DNA from: Octopus vulgaris
Lineage: Eukaryota
Length of the DNA: 64,000 bases
Assembly: GCA_951406725.2 (NCBI GenBank)
Contig: OX597828.1
Location: 18,662,001-18,726,000 of the forward strand
Direction of reading: 5' to 3'
The position numbers were made by a program, and so were the translations under genes. The notes under the pieces were generated by a model. That model saw only the letters and a list, made by a program, of their open reading frames with translations, made no database searches and had not been told where the DNA came from. Positions 40,781 through 53,590 of the stretch are shown piece by piece; the stretch's first letter is position 1, and each line of letters starts with the position of its first letter.

Positions 40781-40856
40781 CAGGCCAACTTACGACCAAA
40801 TCGACTTACGACCAGTTAGTGGGAACCAATTATGGTCGTAAGTCGGCGATGACCTG
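40781..40856. mobile_element. Tiny pogo/Tigger-like MITE
   Basis: TA|cagg..acttacgacc ... ggtcgtaagtc...cctg|TA. Confidence 0.7.
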
Positions 40857-40965
40857 TACTTAATCTAAACTTTGATCAGTTTTTAAGGGTTTAACCTGTA
40901 TTAGCATTGAACTAATAAGCTGTGTCAGCACAGACAACGTATAATGAGGGGTATCCATTTACCTG

Positions 40966-41210
40966 GTGGAGGCACGTGGTTTAGTGGTTAGGATGTTGGA
41001 CACCCGATCGTGAGTTGTGGTTTCGATCTCTAGACCGGGTGGTGCGTTGTGTTCTTGAACAAAATATTCCGTTTCACGTTGCTCCAGTCCACTCAGCTGG
41101 CAAAATGAGTTTAGCCAGAAGAGGGATGGGTTCCGCCAAGACTTTGTCGGCCAAGATACGCTGCATGGCTGCAGCGCACAGCGACCCCCAAGGGGTTAAG
41201 GGACTTGTCA
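40966..41210 (+). mobile_element. SINE with family D-like head/core and a distinct tail, 13-bp TSD
   Basis: atccatttacctg at 40953-40965 and 41211-41223; core tttcacgttgctccagtccactcagctgg. Confidence 0.8.
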
Positions 41211-41246
41211 ATCCATTTACCTGTGAGATGTGTGTGTGTGTCTGTG

Positions 41247-41315
<69 letters not shown>

Positions 41316-41316
<1 letters not shown>

Positions 41317-41625
41317 TGTTTCTTTATTAGCCACACAGGGCTGCACACAGACAGGACAAAATTACAAGGTAGAGCTTTTCTTTTGTGGGTAAAAGAAGGG
41401 GGTTTGGTTTTCGATCAAAAGGGATCGTAAATGGAAAGAAAGAGGACAAAAAAAAAGGAAAACAAAAGGGGGGGGGGAAAGGGAAAGGAACAAAATTGGA
41501 TCAATAGGGATCGTTATCACAGAAATGTCAATATGAAGTGTAAAGGGGGGACAGGTGAGGTTTACCCGTGGAAAGAAAAGCCTACGGAATAGACCACGGT
41601 AACCTCGGTCAATGAAGTCACATGT
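41316..41625 (-). mobile_element. Probable LINE 3' UTR fragment sharing its tail with SINE B2
   Basis: Minus-strand end ccttgtaattttgtcctgtctgtgtgcagccctgtgtggctaataaagaaaca aligns with the B2 tail ccttgtttgtcccctct.tgtttagccccttgtgggcaataaagaaata; upstream ~250 nt unrelated to the SINE; sits between (GATA)n tracts. Confidence 0.6.
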
Positions 41626-41644
41626 TATATTTCTTTCTTTTTTT

Positions 41645-41704
<60 letters not shown>

Positions 41705-41705
<1 letters not shown>

Positions 41706-41866
41706 GCTGGGGCTTATTTCATTTTCCGTCTGCCAGATCCACCCACAAAGCTCTAGTCGGACCAGAGCTTTAGTAAAAGTTACTTGCCCAAAGTACCGCC
41801 TCGCAGTGGGACTGAACCTGAAACTATGTAGTTGAGAAGGAAACTTCTTACCACACAGCCACGCCT
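41705..41866 (-). mobile_element. SINE family A head half
   Basis: ggcgtggctgtgtggtaagaag...ggttcagtcccactgc on the minus strand. Confidence 0.8.
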
Positions 41867-42077
41867 TTGAAAAGAAATAAGCAAAGCAATGCAATTCATG
41901 TGGGGAGGGGAGTGGTGTTTTCTTTTCGTTTCCTTCATTTGCTGCTTTGAATGATTTTAAATTTCATTCATTTTATTCATTAAAGAAATTGTTTGAAAAA
42001 CATTTTTTTTTAAATCACACGGGTGAATTAATTGAGCATGAATAGGAAACAGATGCGGGCGGCGTTTGCATTAAAGA

Positions 42078-42782
<705 letters not shown>

Positions 42783-43251
42783 TTAAGACACAAGGCCAAC
42801 CCTCATTTAGAAAACTGATGATCAATAGCGTCCCAGCCGTAATCATCTCGTTACAATTATAATGTGTTCTTGTTGTAGCTGTTGTCGTTTAGCCCCAGGT
42901 TAACCCCTATCTAACAGACTCATGATCAAAGCCGTCCCATCCGTTCCCAGCATTCATTCATTCATTCACCACTCTACATGTGTTTCCAGCTGAAGTTACC
43001 CCTCCCTCGACTCCACTCAGCAACGTTTATTTGGTGAGCAGGAGTGGAGTTATTTCAAGGGCTTTTCTTATTTGCCACTCTAGGCTTGTGTGATGAAGGG
43101 GTTACTTTTCAGGCATCTAGGCGATATTTTACTCATAACACAAGGCATCTTGTTTGCCACTCTGCTGGTTCTGTCAATATACAGCCATTAAATAAATTAT
43201 CGATTTTGAAGGGAGATCCATTTTGAGCTGTTATGATTTACAGTATTTTAG

Positions 43252-43470
43252 GTCAGCTCAGCTCAATCGAGCTCAGCCCAGCTCAACCCAATTTAATCCC
43301 CATCAGTCCAGTTCAGCTTAGCTGAACTCAGTTTAGCTCAGCTTGACTCAGCTCGTCTTTGTTCAGCTAAGATCAGCTCTGCACAGATTAACTGTTTACC
43401 TCAGCTCAGCTTTTCTTAGCTCAATTGAGTTCATCTCAGCTTAAAACAGCCCAGCCCAGCCCAGCTGTAC
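43252..43470. repeat. Degenerate (AGCTC)n pentanucleotide tract
   Basis: Direct inspection. Confidence 0.8.
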
Positions 43471-43937
43471 TCACCACTTCAAAAGTAACGAAAAATATTT
43501 CAAATGTGTCTATTCTCACGATAATTACTCTAAGGGACATAGCTTGTGTGATGTGTCCCTTGTAGCTATTCACACCAAGAAATACTGAGATGAGTCGTAT
43601 CTCTTCTTTGTAGCTACTCACATTGAGAAGGACTGAGGTGACCAAGGAAAAAATAATGTCTTGAATCTATTGCAGCGTCGAATCTGACGCTCGGTTAAAA
43701 TTCCTGCCTTACACTGAGTAGCAAGACGTCTCCAATTATTCAGGTTTTGAGCATAACCAGATGCATCTCCCTGGTGTTGAGGCTCAGTAGAATATTTCAA
43801 CTTTTAGCCAATACTCAGCCCGATTTGCCCAGATGCGTTTCTACATTGAATTCTAACAACTGAATAGATATTATTACGGCGATGTACTTGCATAGCAAGT
43901 GACCCGATCTGAGATCGTGCGCTGAAACAAAAACGAG

Positions 43938-44202
43938 TGCAGCGTGAGAGGTCTTTATAAGCCATTTAAAAACACACAAAAACCGTTAGATTCACTTCAA
44001 TATTTAAATTTAATTTGTTGAAATATTTTCGTCGCTTTGAAACCGCTACCTGTTCACTGACAAAATTCCGTGCTGCATCTCGGAATTTTGTCAGTGAACA
44101 GGTAGCGGTTTCAAAACGACGAAACTATGTTGACGAAGTGAATCTAACGGTTTTTGTGTACTTTTAAATGGCTTCCACGCTTTAAACACCTTCAACGCTG
44201 CA
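43938..44202. repeat. Long palindrome (possibly inverted Penelope-like termini)
   Basis: Perfect 35-bp stem 44036-44070 / 44081-44115 around a 10-nt loop; outer arms 43959-43998 / 44135-44174. Confidence 0.9.
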
Positions 44203-44418
44203 ATTGAATAAATATTATATTGTCACTAAAAAAACATGAAGCGGTGCCTGAAGCGATTGAGAAACGGATCAGTTGCTTTACAGTATTTACGTATAGCTCT
44301 TTACATTCTGAGTTCAAATGCCACCGAAGTCGACTTCTGAAGTTGGTAAAATATGTACCAGTCATATACTGAGACTGCATTCAATAAATGCTCCATCGTT
44401 ACAAAATTGTGGCATTAT

Positions 44419-44652
44419 AAGGCGGAGAGCTGGTAGAAGCGTTAGCACGTCGGGCGAAATGCTTAGCGGTATTTCGTCTGCCGTTACGTTGTGAGTTCAA
44501 ATTCCGCCGAAGTCGACTTTACCTTTCATCCTTTCGGGGTCGATTAAATAAGTACCAGTTACGAACTGGGGTCGATGTAATCGACTTAATACCTATGTCT
44601 GTCCTTGTTTGTCCCTTCTATGTTTAACCCCTTGTGGGTAATAAAGAAATAG
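44419..44652 (+). mobile_element. SINE B2, full length, 21-bp TSD, inserted in the tail of an old B1
   Basis: gttacaaaattgtggcattat at 44398-44418 and 44653-44673. Confidence 0.93.
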
Positions 44653-46519
44653 GTTACAAAATTGTGGCATTATGATAATGTAAGAAGCTATTGTTTAAAT
44701 ACATGGTGCCCCCTAGTGGACAGTTAATACAAGGAAGATAATCATTTCTTCATAATATTTTGCGGAATTAGAAATTTTAAAATTAATTACTTATTACTAA
44801 GTTCTTAAAATTCCTGGTCAGTACTAATTATGTATAGCACTGTTCCAAGAATAGTAGAATGGCGTGATGAGTGGTGTGAGAGTTAAAATGCCAGATGAAA
44901 CGTCTGTCGATATACATCTGTCTTCGATGACGCATAACTTTCACACGTTCAGTTCAGTTCATCAGGATGGTGAATAGCTTCAAGGAAAAGACTTAACTTA
45001 CTGTTATAATTAACACCAGCTTTGTACAATAGATGTTTTGTTTCGTTAGCTTATAGTGCTGGGCTGATACGTTAAGTATGTCAAAAGATAAAACATTGGA
45101 GTCGGTTTAATAAAGTATGCACCTACTTCAGAAATGTGAGATCTTGTACAAATTATTTAAAACAGCACTCGTTGTAATCATAATGTCATTATCGTTGCTT
45201 CTGGTGCATTTTAGGTCAATTACGGACTAATTAACTCCAAATTATTAACAGCTAATAATACTTCGTAGGGGGTATATTGAATGTCTTGCAGTATTAGTTC
45301 CGGGTCTCAGCGTCCGAGTTCAAATTCCTCCGAAGCCAACTTTGTCTTTCATTTCTTTTTTTTTTTTTTGAGGGGTCTCTATATGAAGTCCCAACAAAAT
45401 ACTGGCCCCGACTCTTCTCTCTCGCCCCGCTTTCTCTAGCCTCCCCTTTCTTGTTCTTTCTCTTTTTCTACATCTATCTGTCTGTCTCTCAGAATCGGCT
45501 ACACTGCGATATAAGAAGAGTCTACAATGCCACTCACATCATCCCCTTGTCCACAAATGGAGAAGGATCGATTCAAGGGAAAGCTGTCTCTTGTTACAAA
45601 AGGAAAAGGATATCTAGGTTACTGGAACCTTCCAAAGACTGGTTGATGGGAAATATAACGCAGCGCGTAAATCGAGAGCGAAGGAAAACGTTTGTGGATC
45701 TGAAGAAAATATATCTGAGGGTTGTTGCATTCTTTTTCTTTTTTAGATTTCACTAAGAATCCTTTAATTATAAGAAAAGGTAATGCTGACACCGAAAGAA
45801 AGGTAGTCAGGGAAGAATCCTTAAACTGGAGACCGAGAGTGAATGCGTGCACCGGTGTGAACTCCGCTAATGTCACGGTCATGGAGATAGTAGTAATAAT
45901 GGTATACCACTTCCACGTGACGAGTGGTATGTGTTAGTCATTATAAATACTGTCAGTCAGTGTCAGTATGAGTAGAGAGTACAAAGTAGATGGTCATAGA
46001 TAGCTGTGGTATTACTTGCCTAACTAACTATACTGCTATACTGGAGTGAGCGTGATAACAGTCCGACATAAGGATTACAACAGTCACCCAAAGTACAATC
46101 AATAGTGTTAAATCGGGCGATTGATCAAGTCAACCACCAAAATAGGCCATGACATGGTATGAACTCAGAACGCAACAAGCTGGAACAAATACCACATTCT
46201 GATGTTCATACAGTTCCCTCAATCCATCAGCCTGGCTTACTACTTCTTTTATCGACCCCAACATTCGCTTCGGTAGGATCTGATCTCTGGGCGCAACAAG
46301 TCGGAACGAATATTGCGAACAATTCTGTTCGACGCTCTAACGACTTTGCCAATTCGCCTTTTCTGAGTAGGGTAAGTGTTCTGTTTGAAGTAAATAAGAA
46401 CTGGGTCAAAACCAGCCGTAGACATTTTTAATTCACTTTTTTAAAAAGTCACAAAGATTTTAAGAATTAATTCAAACCATTCACTAAGATATGGGACTAA
46501 ATAACTACTACATTGTTTT

Positions 46520-46725
46520 CACATTTTGGCACAAGGCCAACAGATTGAGGGGAAGGGATAAGTCAATTACATGAACCTGTGATCGACTGGTACTTATTTT
46601 ATTGACGCCGAAAGGATGAAAGGCAAAGTCGACCTCGACGGAATTTGAACTCAGAATGTAGCAACGGACGAAATGCTGCTAAGCATTTTGTCCGGCCTGC
46701 TAACGATTCTTTCAGCTCACTACCT
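46520..46725 (-). mobile_element. SINE family B1
   Basis: Reverse complement of B head, body and ggccttgtgccaaaat tail. Confidence 0.85.
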
Positions 46726-46863
46726 TGAATAACAACAAAGATGAAGCGAGAGCCGTGATTTAACCCTTCTGGGACCCGCAGAGTCTATAAAGACATTTAT
46801 TTTCATAAGCTGATAGTGTCGCAATACAAACACTAACAACAATAACAGCAACACCAACGTCCT

Positions 46864-47315
46864 GTGGAGGCGCAATGGCCCAGTAGTTAGGGCAGCGGTT
46901 TCGATTCCCAGACCGAGCATTGATTTCATTGAGCAAAAACATCTAAGTTCCACGACGCTCCGGCGGGAGAGGCGTGAACCCCGCTGTACTCTTTCACCAC
47001 AACTTTCTCTCACTCTTTCTTCCTACTTCTGCCACAAAGCAGAGGAACCATGGTGTAACCCACTATGGTGTGGTAAACTTTCAGACCCTAGTGTAGATTG
47101 CGAATCCTCTGTACCCCAGGATGGTTCAGCTCTCCACCCGTTAAAAGCCATCGTTTACAGAATGAGGATAACAACGTAGCTTTCGTGCCCGTGCAACTGC
47201 CAGTCTATCGCGTGTGGTGGGCAGATCTTCAAGTTGCCACACGCATTCTAAGTAGCTTAGATTAGGCTCGAATTAGAGATTATTCCTTGTGGCTAATGGC
47301 GCGAGTCCTGATTGG
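46864..47315 (+). mobile_element. SINE with family C head and a third tail type ending in (GAA)n
   Basis: Shares head and gctgtactctttcaccacaactttctct with 22688-23065, then diverges. Confidence 0.75.
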
Positions 47316-47652
47316 AAGAAGAAGAAGAAGAAGAAGAAGAAGAAGAAGAAGAAGAAGAAGAAGGAGAAGGAGAAGAAGAAGGAGAAGAAGAAAGAGGAGG
47401 AGGAGGGGGGAAGAAGAAGAAGAAAATAAGGAGGAGGAGGAGGAGGAGGAGGAGGAAGAGGGGGGAGAGAAGAAGAAGAAGAAGAAGAAAATAAGAAGGA
47501 GGAGGAGGAGGAAGAGGAAGAGGAGGGGGAGAGAAGAAGAAGAAGAAAATAAGAAGGAGGAGGAGGAGGATGGAGAGGAGGAAGAGGAGGGGGAGAAGAA
47601 GAAGAAGAAGAAGAAGAAGAAGAAGAAGAAGAAGAAGAAGAAGAAGAAGAAG
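47315..47652. repeat. Polypurine (GAA/GGA)n tract with ~60-bp higher-order units
   Basis: gaagaagaagaaaataag..ggaggagg recurs four times. Confidence 0.9.
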
Positions 47653-48239
47653 ACAACGACGACTACGATAAAGTTGGGATTACGAATTAGCCCCCTTTCT
47701 ACCGATATGAGGAGAATATATGAAGACATTTATGACGCTCATAGAATGTAAGTTTCATGATCTACGCATTCCGATATTCCGTGTCATGTTTGCTAACCAT
47801 TGTTTAGTTTACAACAAATAACCTTCAAACTTTTCGAGAAAAGAAAACTAATACACGATTGTCTACGGTTTGCAAAATATGTCACATTGAGGAAGAAATA
47901 TAAAGTCAGTCCGCAGAGTACCATTAAACGTGCTATTTCAATTTCCTCTCTGCCGTGAAACTCGAGGCGAAGTGATTGTTTATACTGCTTGGCAATTTCT
48001 TCCAAATGTTTGGTAAAAGTACATAAATTTTACATTCGTCATATCATTGCAATAAAAAAATTTTCTTTTTTTTGGGGGGGGGGGTTATTTTTAGTGTTAT
48101 AATGGGTATGATCCATGTTTGTGATATGTTTTTAGCAAAAATATAGTCCAGCCTGGTTCAGATACAAGATATGTAGGGGCTGCGGATGTGTGTGTGTGTA
48201 TGAGCGTGTGTGTGCTTGTTCATGGACATGAATACTTAC

Positions 48240-48380
48240 ATACGTAATTTGATATACGGATGAGGCATGAATGTATGTGTGCTTCCGTTCATGTGTGTGT
48301 GTGTGTGTAATAGATATACGGATGGTATATGAATGATGAGCACGTGTGTCTATGTGTATGCGTGTTCAAGTATGTACGAC

Positions 48381-48413
<33 letters not shown>

Positions 48414-48745
48414 ATAGATATACGGATGGTGTATGAATGATGAGCACGTGTGTCTGTGTGTATGAGCGTGCAAGTGTGTACGAGGTGTGTGTATGTGTAT
48501 ATGTGTGTATGTGTATGTATCTATGTATGTATATAATAGATATACGGATGGTATATGAATTATGAGCACGTGTGTCCGTGAGTATGCGTGTTCAGGTGTG
48601 TACGAGGTGTGTGTGTGCGTGTGTGTGTCTGTGTGTATGTGTATATGTGTAATAGATATACGGATGGTATATGAATGATGAGCACGTGTATCTGTGTGTA
48701 TGCGTGTTCAAGTGTGTACGACATGTGTGTGTGTGTGTGTACGAG
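48240..48745. repeat. ~105-120-bp minisatellite (4-5 units) with embedded (TG)n
   Basis: aatagatatacggatggt.tatgaat.atgagcacgtgt near 48309, 48413, 48535 and 48651. Confidence 0.9.
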
Positions 48746-49078
48746 AGGGTAAGAAATAAAAAGCAAACTGGAAAACAGAAAATATATGTTTACATACACA
48801 TAAGATCCATTACGCTGAGCTTTGCTTGAAATCAACATTTTGGTGCGATATCTATTGTCCATAATTAACTGGACGGATTTAGCTGAAAAAAATATATCGT
48901 CTTGTGCAATAAGCCAACAGACAACAGTCCCAACAATATCTCGAAACTTAAGGTCAGTACAGCAGCGAAAGTAAAGGAAGGTTTTGAAAATGGATATAAA
49001 CCAAAAACGTATTTTGCCTTCATTCACACACACACACACATACACAAATGGTGCAGGGACAAACATAAAGACGCAAAC

Positions 49079-49119
<41 letters not shown>

Positions 49120-49120
<1 letters not shown>

Positions 49121-49262
49121 TACGGGCTTCTCTCCGTTTCCGTCAGCCAAATCCGCTCACACGGCTTTGGTCGGCCCGAGGCTTGAGTAGAAGACACTTG
49201 CACAAGGTGTCACGCGTAACCCTGTGGTTAAGAAGCAAGCTTCTTATTATACAGCCACACCT
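49120..49262. mobile_element. Rearranged SINE family A head fragment
   Basis: Minus-strand core (agaagacacttgcacaaggt) next to a short segment reading as plus-strand head (tgtggttaagaagc). Confidence 0.65.
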
Positions 49263-49635
49263 ATACACACAAACACACACACACACACACACACCTCTAT
49301 AATCGTCGCCCATAACCAATATCATCTTCTGTTTCCCTTCTCCCCCTCTCTCTCTCCCTCCCTCTGCTCCTCCTCCTCCCCATTCATTCTACATAAAAAC
49401 AATGCGGAATATGGTTTTCAATCCTACAACTCAAAACCTATTTTCCTAAAGACCACACACATACCCATTGCCACCAATAAAGCATTAAATCAATCAACTT
49501 AAAACAAAAACATACGTCCCCCCCCCAACAGCTTCTCCCCACCAAATGAGACTTTATTCTTATTCTGTGTCCTTCATTAGCCCCCAAAAGAATATACTTA
49601 CCCTAAAATTCCTTACCAAAAATTCCTTGCAAGAC

Positions 49636-49835
49636 CCTCACAAGCTCCCACAAAACCTCTCAAGCACCCACAAGTTCCTTCAAGCCCTCACAAGCTCCCA
49701 CAAGTACTCACACACATCCACAATTTCCCACAAGCATTCACAAGAACCCACAAGCCCCATAAACACCTATATGTTCCTACAAGTATCCACAAGCTCCCAC
49801 AAGCCACCACGAGCCACCACAAGCTCCCACAAGCC
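49636..49835. repeat. Degenerate 10-bp minisatellite (CCCACAAGCT-like)
   Basis: cacaag recurs every ~10 nt. Confidence 0.85.
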
Positions 49836-50159
49836 CCTTCCGTATGTCGTCGTGTTTGTGCTTGTCCCCAACGAAAGTTTGACAACCGATGTTGACTCGT
49901 TTAGATCCCCGTAACTAGGCGGATCGACAAAAAGGTTCCGATATCACTGGTACCAGACTTTACAATAAAAGGAATAAGTAATGGGGCAAGTCAAAGATAA
50001 TAGAACTGAATAACTATTTCTATGTAACGGTGTTGCTTTGTTTACGTTCCCCTATCCCATAACGTAGTGGTTCAACAAAACTGACCGATAGAATAAGTAG
50101 CAAGCCAAAGAAATCTACTGGGATCGATTTGTTCGACTAAAACTTCCAAGGCAGTAAAG

Positions 50160-50400
50160 ATAAAGGTTAACTTCTTGAGTCATATTGACTCTTAAAGTCC
50201 GATTTCCCGGTTTCATGGCGTATAAATTCTCCACCTGAATGGGGCACCAGTCCATCGTGGGGTTAGTCATTTTTGCCAGCTGAGTGGACTGGGCCAATGT
50301 GAAATGAATTGTTTCGCTTAAGAATACAACGCGTCGCCCGGTCGAAGAATCGAAACCACAATCTTACGATCATGAGCCCAACACCCCTAACCAGTAAGCC
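50160..50400 (-). mobile_element. SINE with family D-like head/core and V-domain-like tail, inserted in a SINE A tail
   Basis: Minus strand ccagtccactcagctggcaaaaatgactaaccccacgatggactggtgcccc...gaaaccgggaaa; SINE A tail resumes at agtgccccagcatggccaca (50401). Confidence 0.7.
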
Positions 50401-50878
50401 AGTGCCCCAGCATGGCCACAATAAAATAACGGGCACAAATGAAAGTCAAAACACAAGATAAGTCCTTATATTTCAGATGTACGTCACATGGAAATGTATG
50501 GCATTCATGTGGTTACCAACGGTGTTAACGCTATGAAAGAATCGAAAACATAACCGAATCTTGAAGTAAGTGGAATGGTTTGTGCTGAAGAATTGTTGGG
50601 AAACGGAATGGCTTGTGATAGACAATGTGACCGGCGGTGCGTGGTGGGGTATTTCAGAGAAGGGAAATAGCTTGTGTTGAGGAATTTAAAATTGCGTTAC
50701 GGTCTCGTCTCGGTGGTTTGCCAGCCGCTTTTATTTCTTACGTCTTACCTCTTGCTCTAGACGTTAGCCATTTCCTTCAAGTGAACTTGCGTGTTTGGTA
50801 AACACTGTTGCGTGTTATATAACTATCTATTTCATTAACTTGTTTATACACACACACACATACAGACATAACATGTGT

Positions 50879-50925
<47 letters not shown>

Positions 50926-50983
50926 CACACACAAACACACGCATATACAGGTATAAAATAAAATATGCATATATACAGATATA

Positions 50984-51031
<48 letters not shown>

Positions 51032-51233
51032 TTTATATACATATAGATATGCATACATATATATTATATATATATATATATATATGCATACATATATATT
51101 ACATATATATATATATGTATGCATATATATATATTACATATATATATATATTTACACACCACACAAAGATATTTATACTCATATATGCATACATACACAC
51201 ACATATAAATACACACATACATACACATCCGCA

Positions 51234-51342
<109 letters not shown>

Positions 51343-51591
51343 CACGATACCAACCATTTTGCTAGGAATAAATATCAAGGAGATTCATGAAGCAAGACAA
51401 AATCATGGTGGAAATAATTCAAAATGGACATATATTAGTTCCTTTGAAATCCATTTTTTTTCTTTTTCTTTTTAATGTCAAGATATTGTTGATTAAATCT
51501 GTCTGATTATAATAATGGTTATGATGTAAAAGATGGAGAGAGGCGATGGAGAGCAGAATTGGTTATGCGCTAGACAAAATAATGCGCAGTA

Positions 51592-51687
51592 CAGTGCCGG
51601 ACCTCATATCCAGCTTCCAAGAAACCGGAGTTTCCATAAATCTGGAATTTTCAGAAATCCGGGATTACCAGAATTCCGGGAAAACTG
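51592..51687. mobile_element. Possible Tigger/pogo-like MITE remnant
   Basis: TA|cagt...actg|TA with internal a(t/a)ccgg(a/g) motifs. Confidence 0.4.
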
Positions 51688-51799
51688 TACAATGTCATGC
51701 TATGTAGTGTACCCTGTGTGGTGTATACAAACCCTATTTTAGAGAAGTTAGTTGATTTGCAAAAATATTGTTATATTTCGAGATGGTCGGGTTTTTTTG

Positions 51800-51835
<36 letters not shown>

Positions 51836-51954
51836 TGCATAGAATTCATTCAAAAATGGTTGTTTACCTTTTGAAAGTGAATTCATAAAGACTAAACATA
51901 ATCTGCTTCAGAACTGCTTAAGAATTTGCCCCTGTATCTGTTAACATAACCCTT

Positions 51955-52163
51955 TCTATTATAGGCACAAGGCCTGAAATTTGAGAGGCGGGGATTAAGT
52001 CGATTATATCGACCCCAGTACTCCACTAGTACTTAATTTATCAATCCAGAAGGATGAAAGGCAAAGTCGACCTCGGCGAAATTTTAATCCAGAACTTTAA
52101 TACGGACGAACTGCTGCTAAACATTTTGTCCGGCGTGCTAACTATTCTGCCAACTCGCCGCCT
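51955..52163 (-). mobile_element. SINE family B1
   Basis: Reverse complement of full B1. Confidence 0.88.
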
Positions 52164-52169
52164 TTATTA

Positions 52170-52780
52170 ATATAATAGCATTGATTCGACAGTTGCAATG
52201 AACGGCTTGGTTTTGATTCGCCCGAGCAATTTGGAGTTCCGGACCTTCCTTAGTTTGTGACAGGCTGTCAATGCTTGTGCCTTCCTGATCTTGATGTCAG
52301 CTTCCGAACTCCTAATCCAACCACCTAAGTACTTGAAGTCTTCGACAACATTCAATTTCGAACCGCTCAAAGCGGAACAGTTCAGCATCACTTGATTTAG
52401 ATGGCAGTGAAACAAAGAAATTAACAAACTGGTAGGATGGTTGCTTCGCAAGGATCTTACGAATTGCCCTAAATGTGAAACGGCAGCAATATGTGACAAG
52501 CGAATGCCTTCATGGAGGCCTGCCGAAAGTTAGCGAGAAGATCAGGCAAAGACGGCTGCAACTATCTGGTCAATGAGAGCACCCTTCTGAACTGGAAGCA
52601 TCAGTGTTGTGGAAGCCACTTCATGGTGATGTAAAAGGAGCAAAACGTCGTCACAATTACACCGACGACATGATTACAGACACTGGCCTGGAATGTTGGA
52701 CCGAGAAGTGTGACGGGTGGACTTTTTTGATGCGGCCCGGGTTGGAACCCGGCCATAGACATGGAGCAATGAAATGAAAC
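52170..52780 (+). pseudogene. 5'-truncated, 5'-inverted RTE-type LINE (ORF2 thumb and C-terminus)
   Basis: Minus 52400 to 52170: VVEDFKYLGGWI..SEADIKIRKAQA...VESMLLY; plus from 52401: (Y)GSET...DGCFARILRIALNV...GGLPKVSEKIRQRRLQLSG. Confidence 0.85.
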
Positions 52781-53217
52781 CATGCTCTTTAGTTTTCATC
52801 GTTTAATTTTTATCTTACACATATTATACTCTACAAATGCTACAGTAAGATATATTTTAAGAATTTTAAGTGGATTACTAAATGTCAGACACGCCCTGCT
52901 TTAGAAGTGATTAAATTTCAATTTGTTAAATGTAATTTAATTCTGCACTCTTCATAATATATTTCATATTATTCGAAATATAAACCCAGAACCACGCTAA
53001 TAGCTTAGGGGTGAAATCTAGGATTTCTCGGTTTTCTGCTAATCGATTTTCAAACAACTTTTCCCAGCTGGTTTGCACTAAGGCAGCACCACTGTTGCGT
53101 TTTCATTATTCTGTGTAACGTCCTTTCTTTTTTATTTCAGATTCTTCAGTCTTGGAGTGAACCACACTAATAGCTTTTGAAAACACACACACACATATAC
53201 ATACATACATACATACA

Positions 53218-53253
<36 letters not shown>

Positions 53254-53399
53254 CGCCCCCATCCAATGGACGGTGCTGAGTTGTCAAACATTTAAACCAA
53301 ATTTTCTCAAAACAACTTGTCCGACCGTCTCATAGGCCTCCCCTTTGAGAAACACTGATTTAACCTAAATTTGAGACACCAGCATAAGAAGGAATAAAG

Positions 53400-53537
53400 A
53401 TATCGATCGCAACAGCTGATTTTTGTCATTTTGTCAAGACTTATACACGCCCTGATACCGTCGGCGCAATTGGATGGAGGATGCCCGAGATCCTAGAAGA
53501 CACACACACAGACAGACAGAACGAATTTTATATAAGA
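53400..53537 (-). mobile_element. Possible non-autonomous Helitron 5' end
   Basis: Minus strand starts A|TCTTATATAAAATTCGTTCTGTCTGTCTGTGTG, a pattern typical of Helitron/HINE 5' termini; 3' end not identified. Confidence 0.35.
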
Positions 53538-53590
53538 TATATATATTCGTTTTGCAAGATTCTTTATGTGAATTTGCGTGTTGAAACAGA

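Noticed and set aside
49546-49914. 122-aa ORF with SSHK repeats
   Set aside because: Derived from a 10-bp minisatellite (period not a multiple of 3) running into a SINE A fragment.
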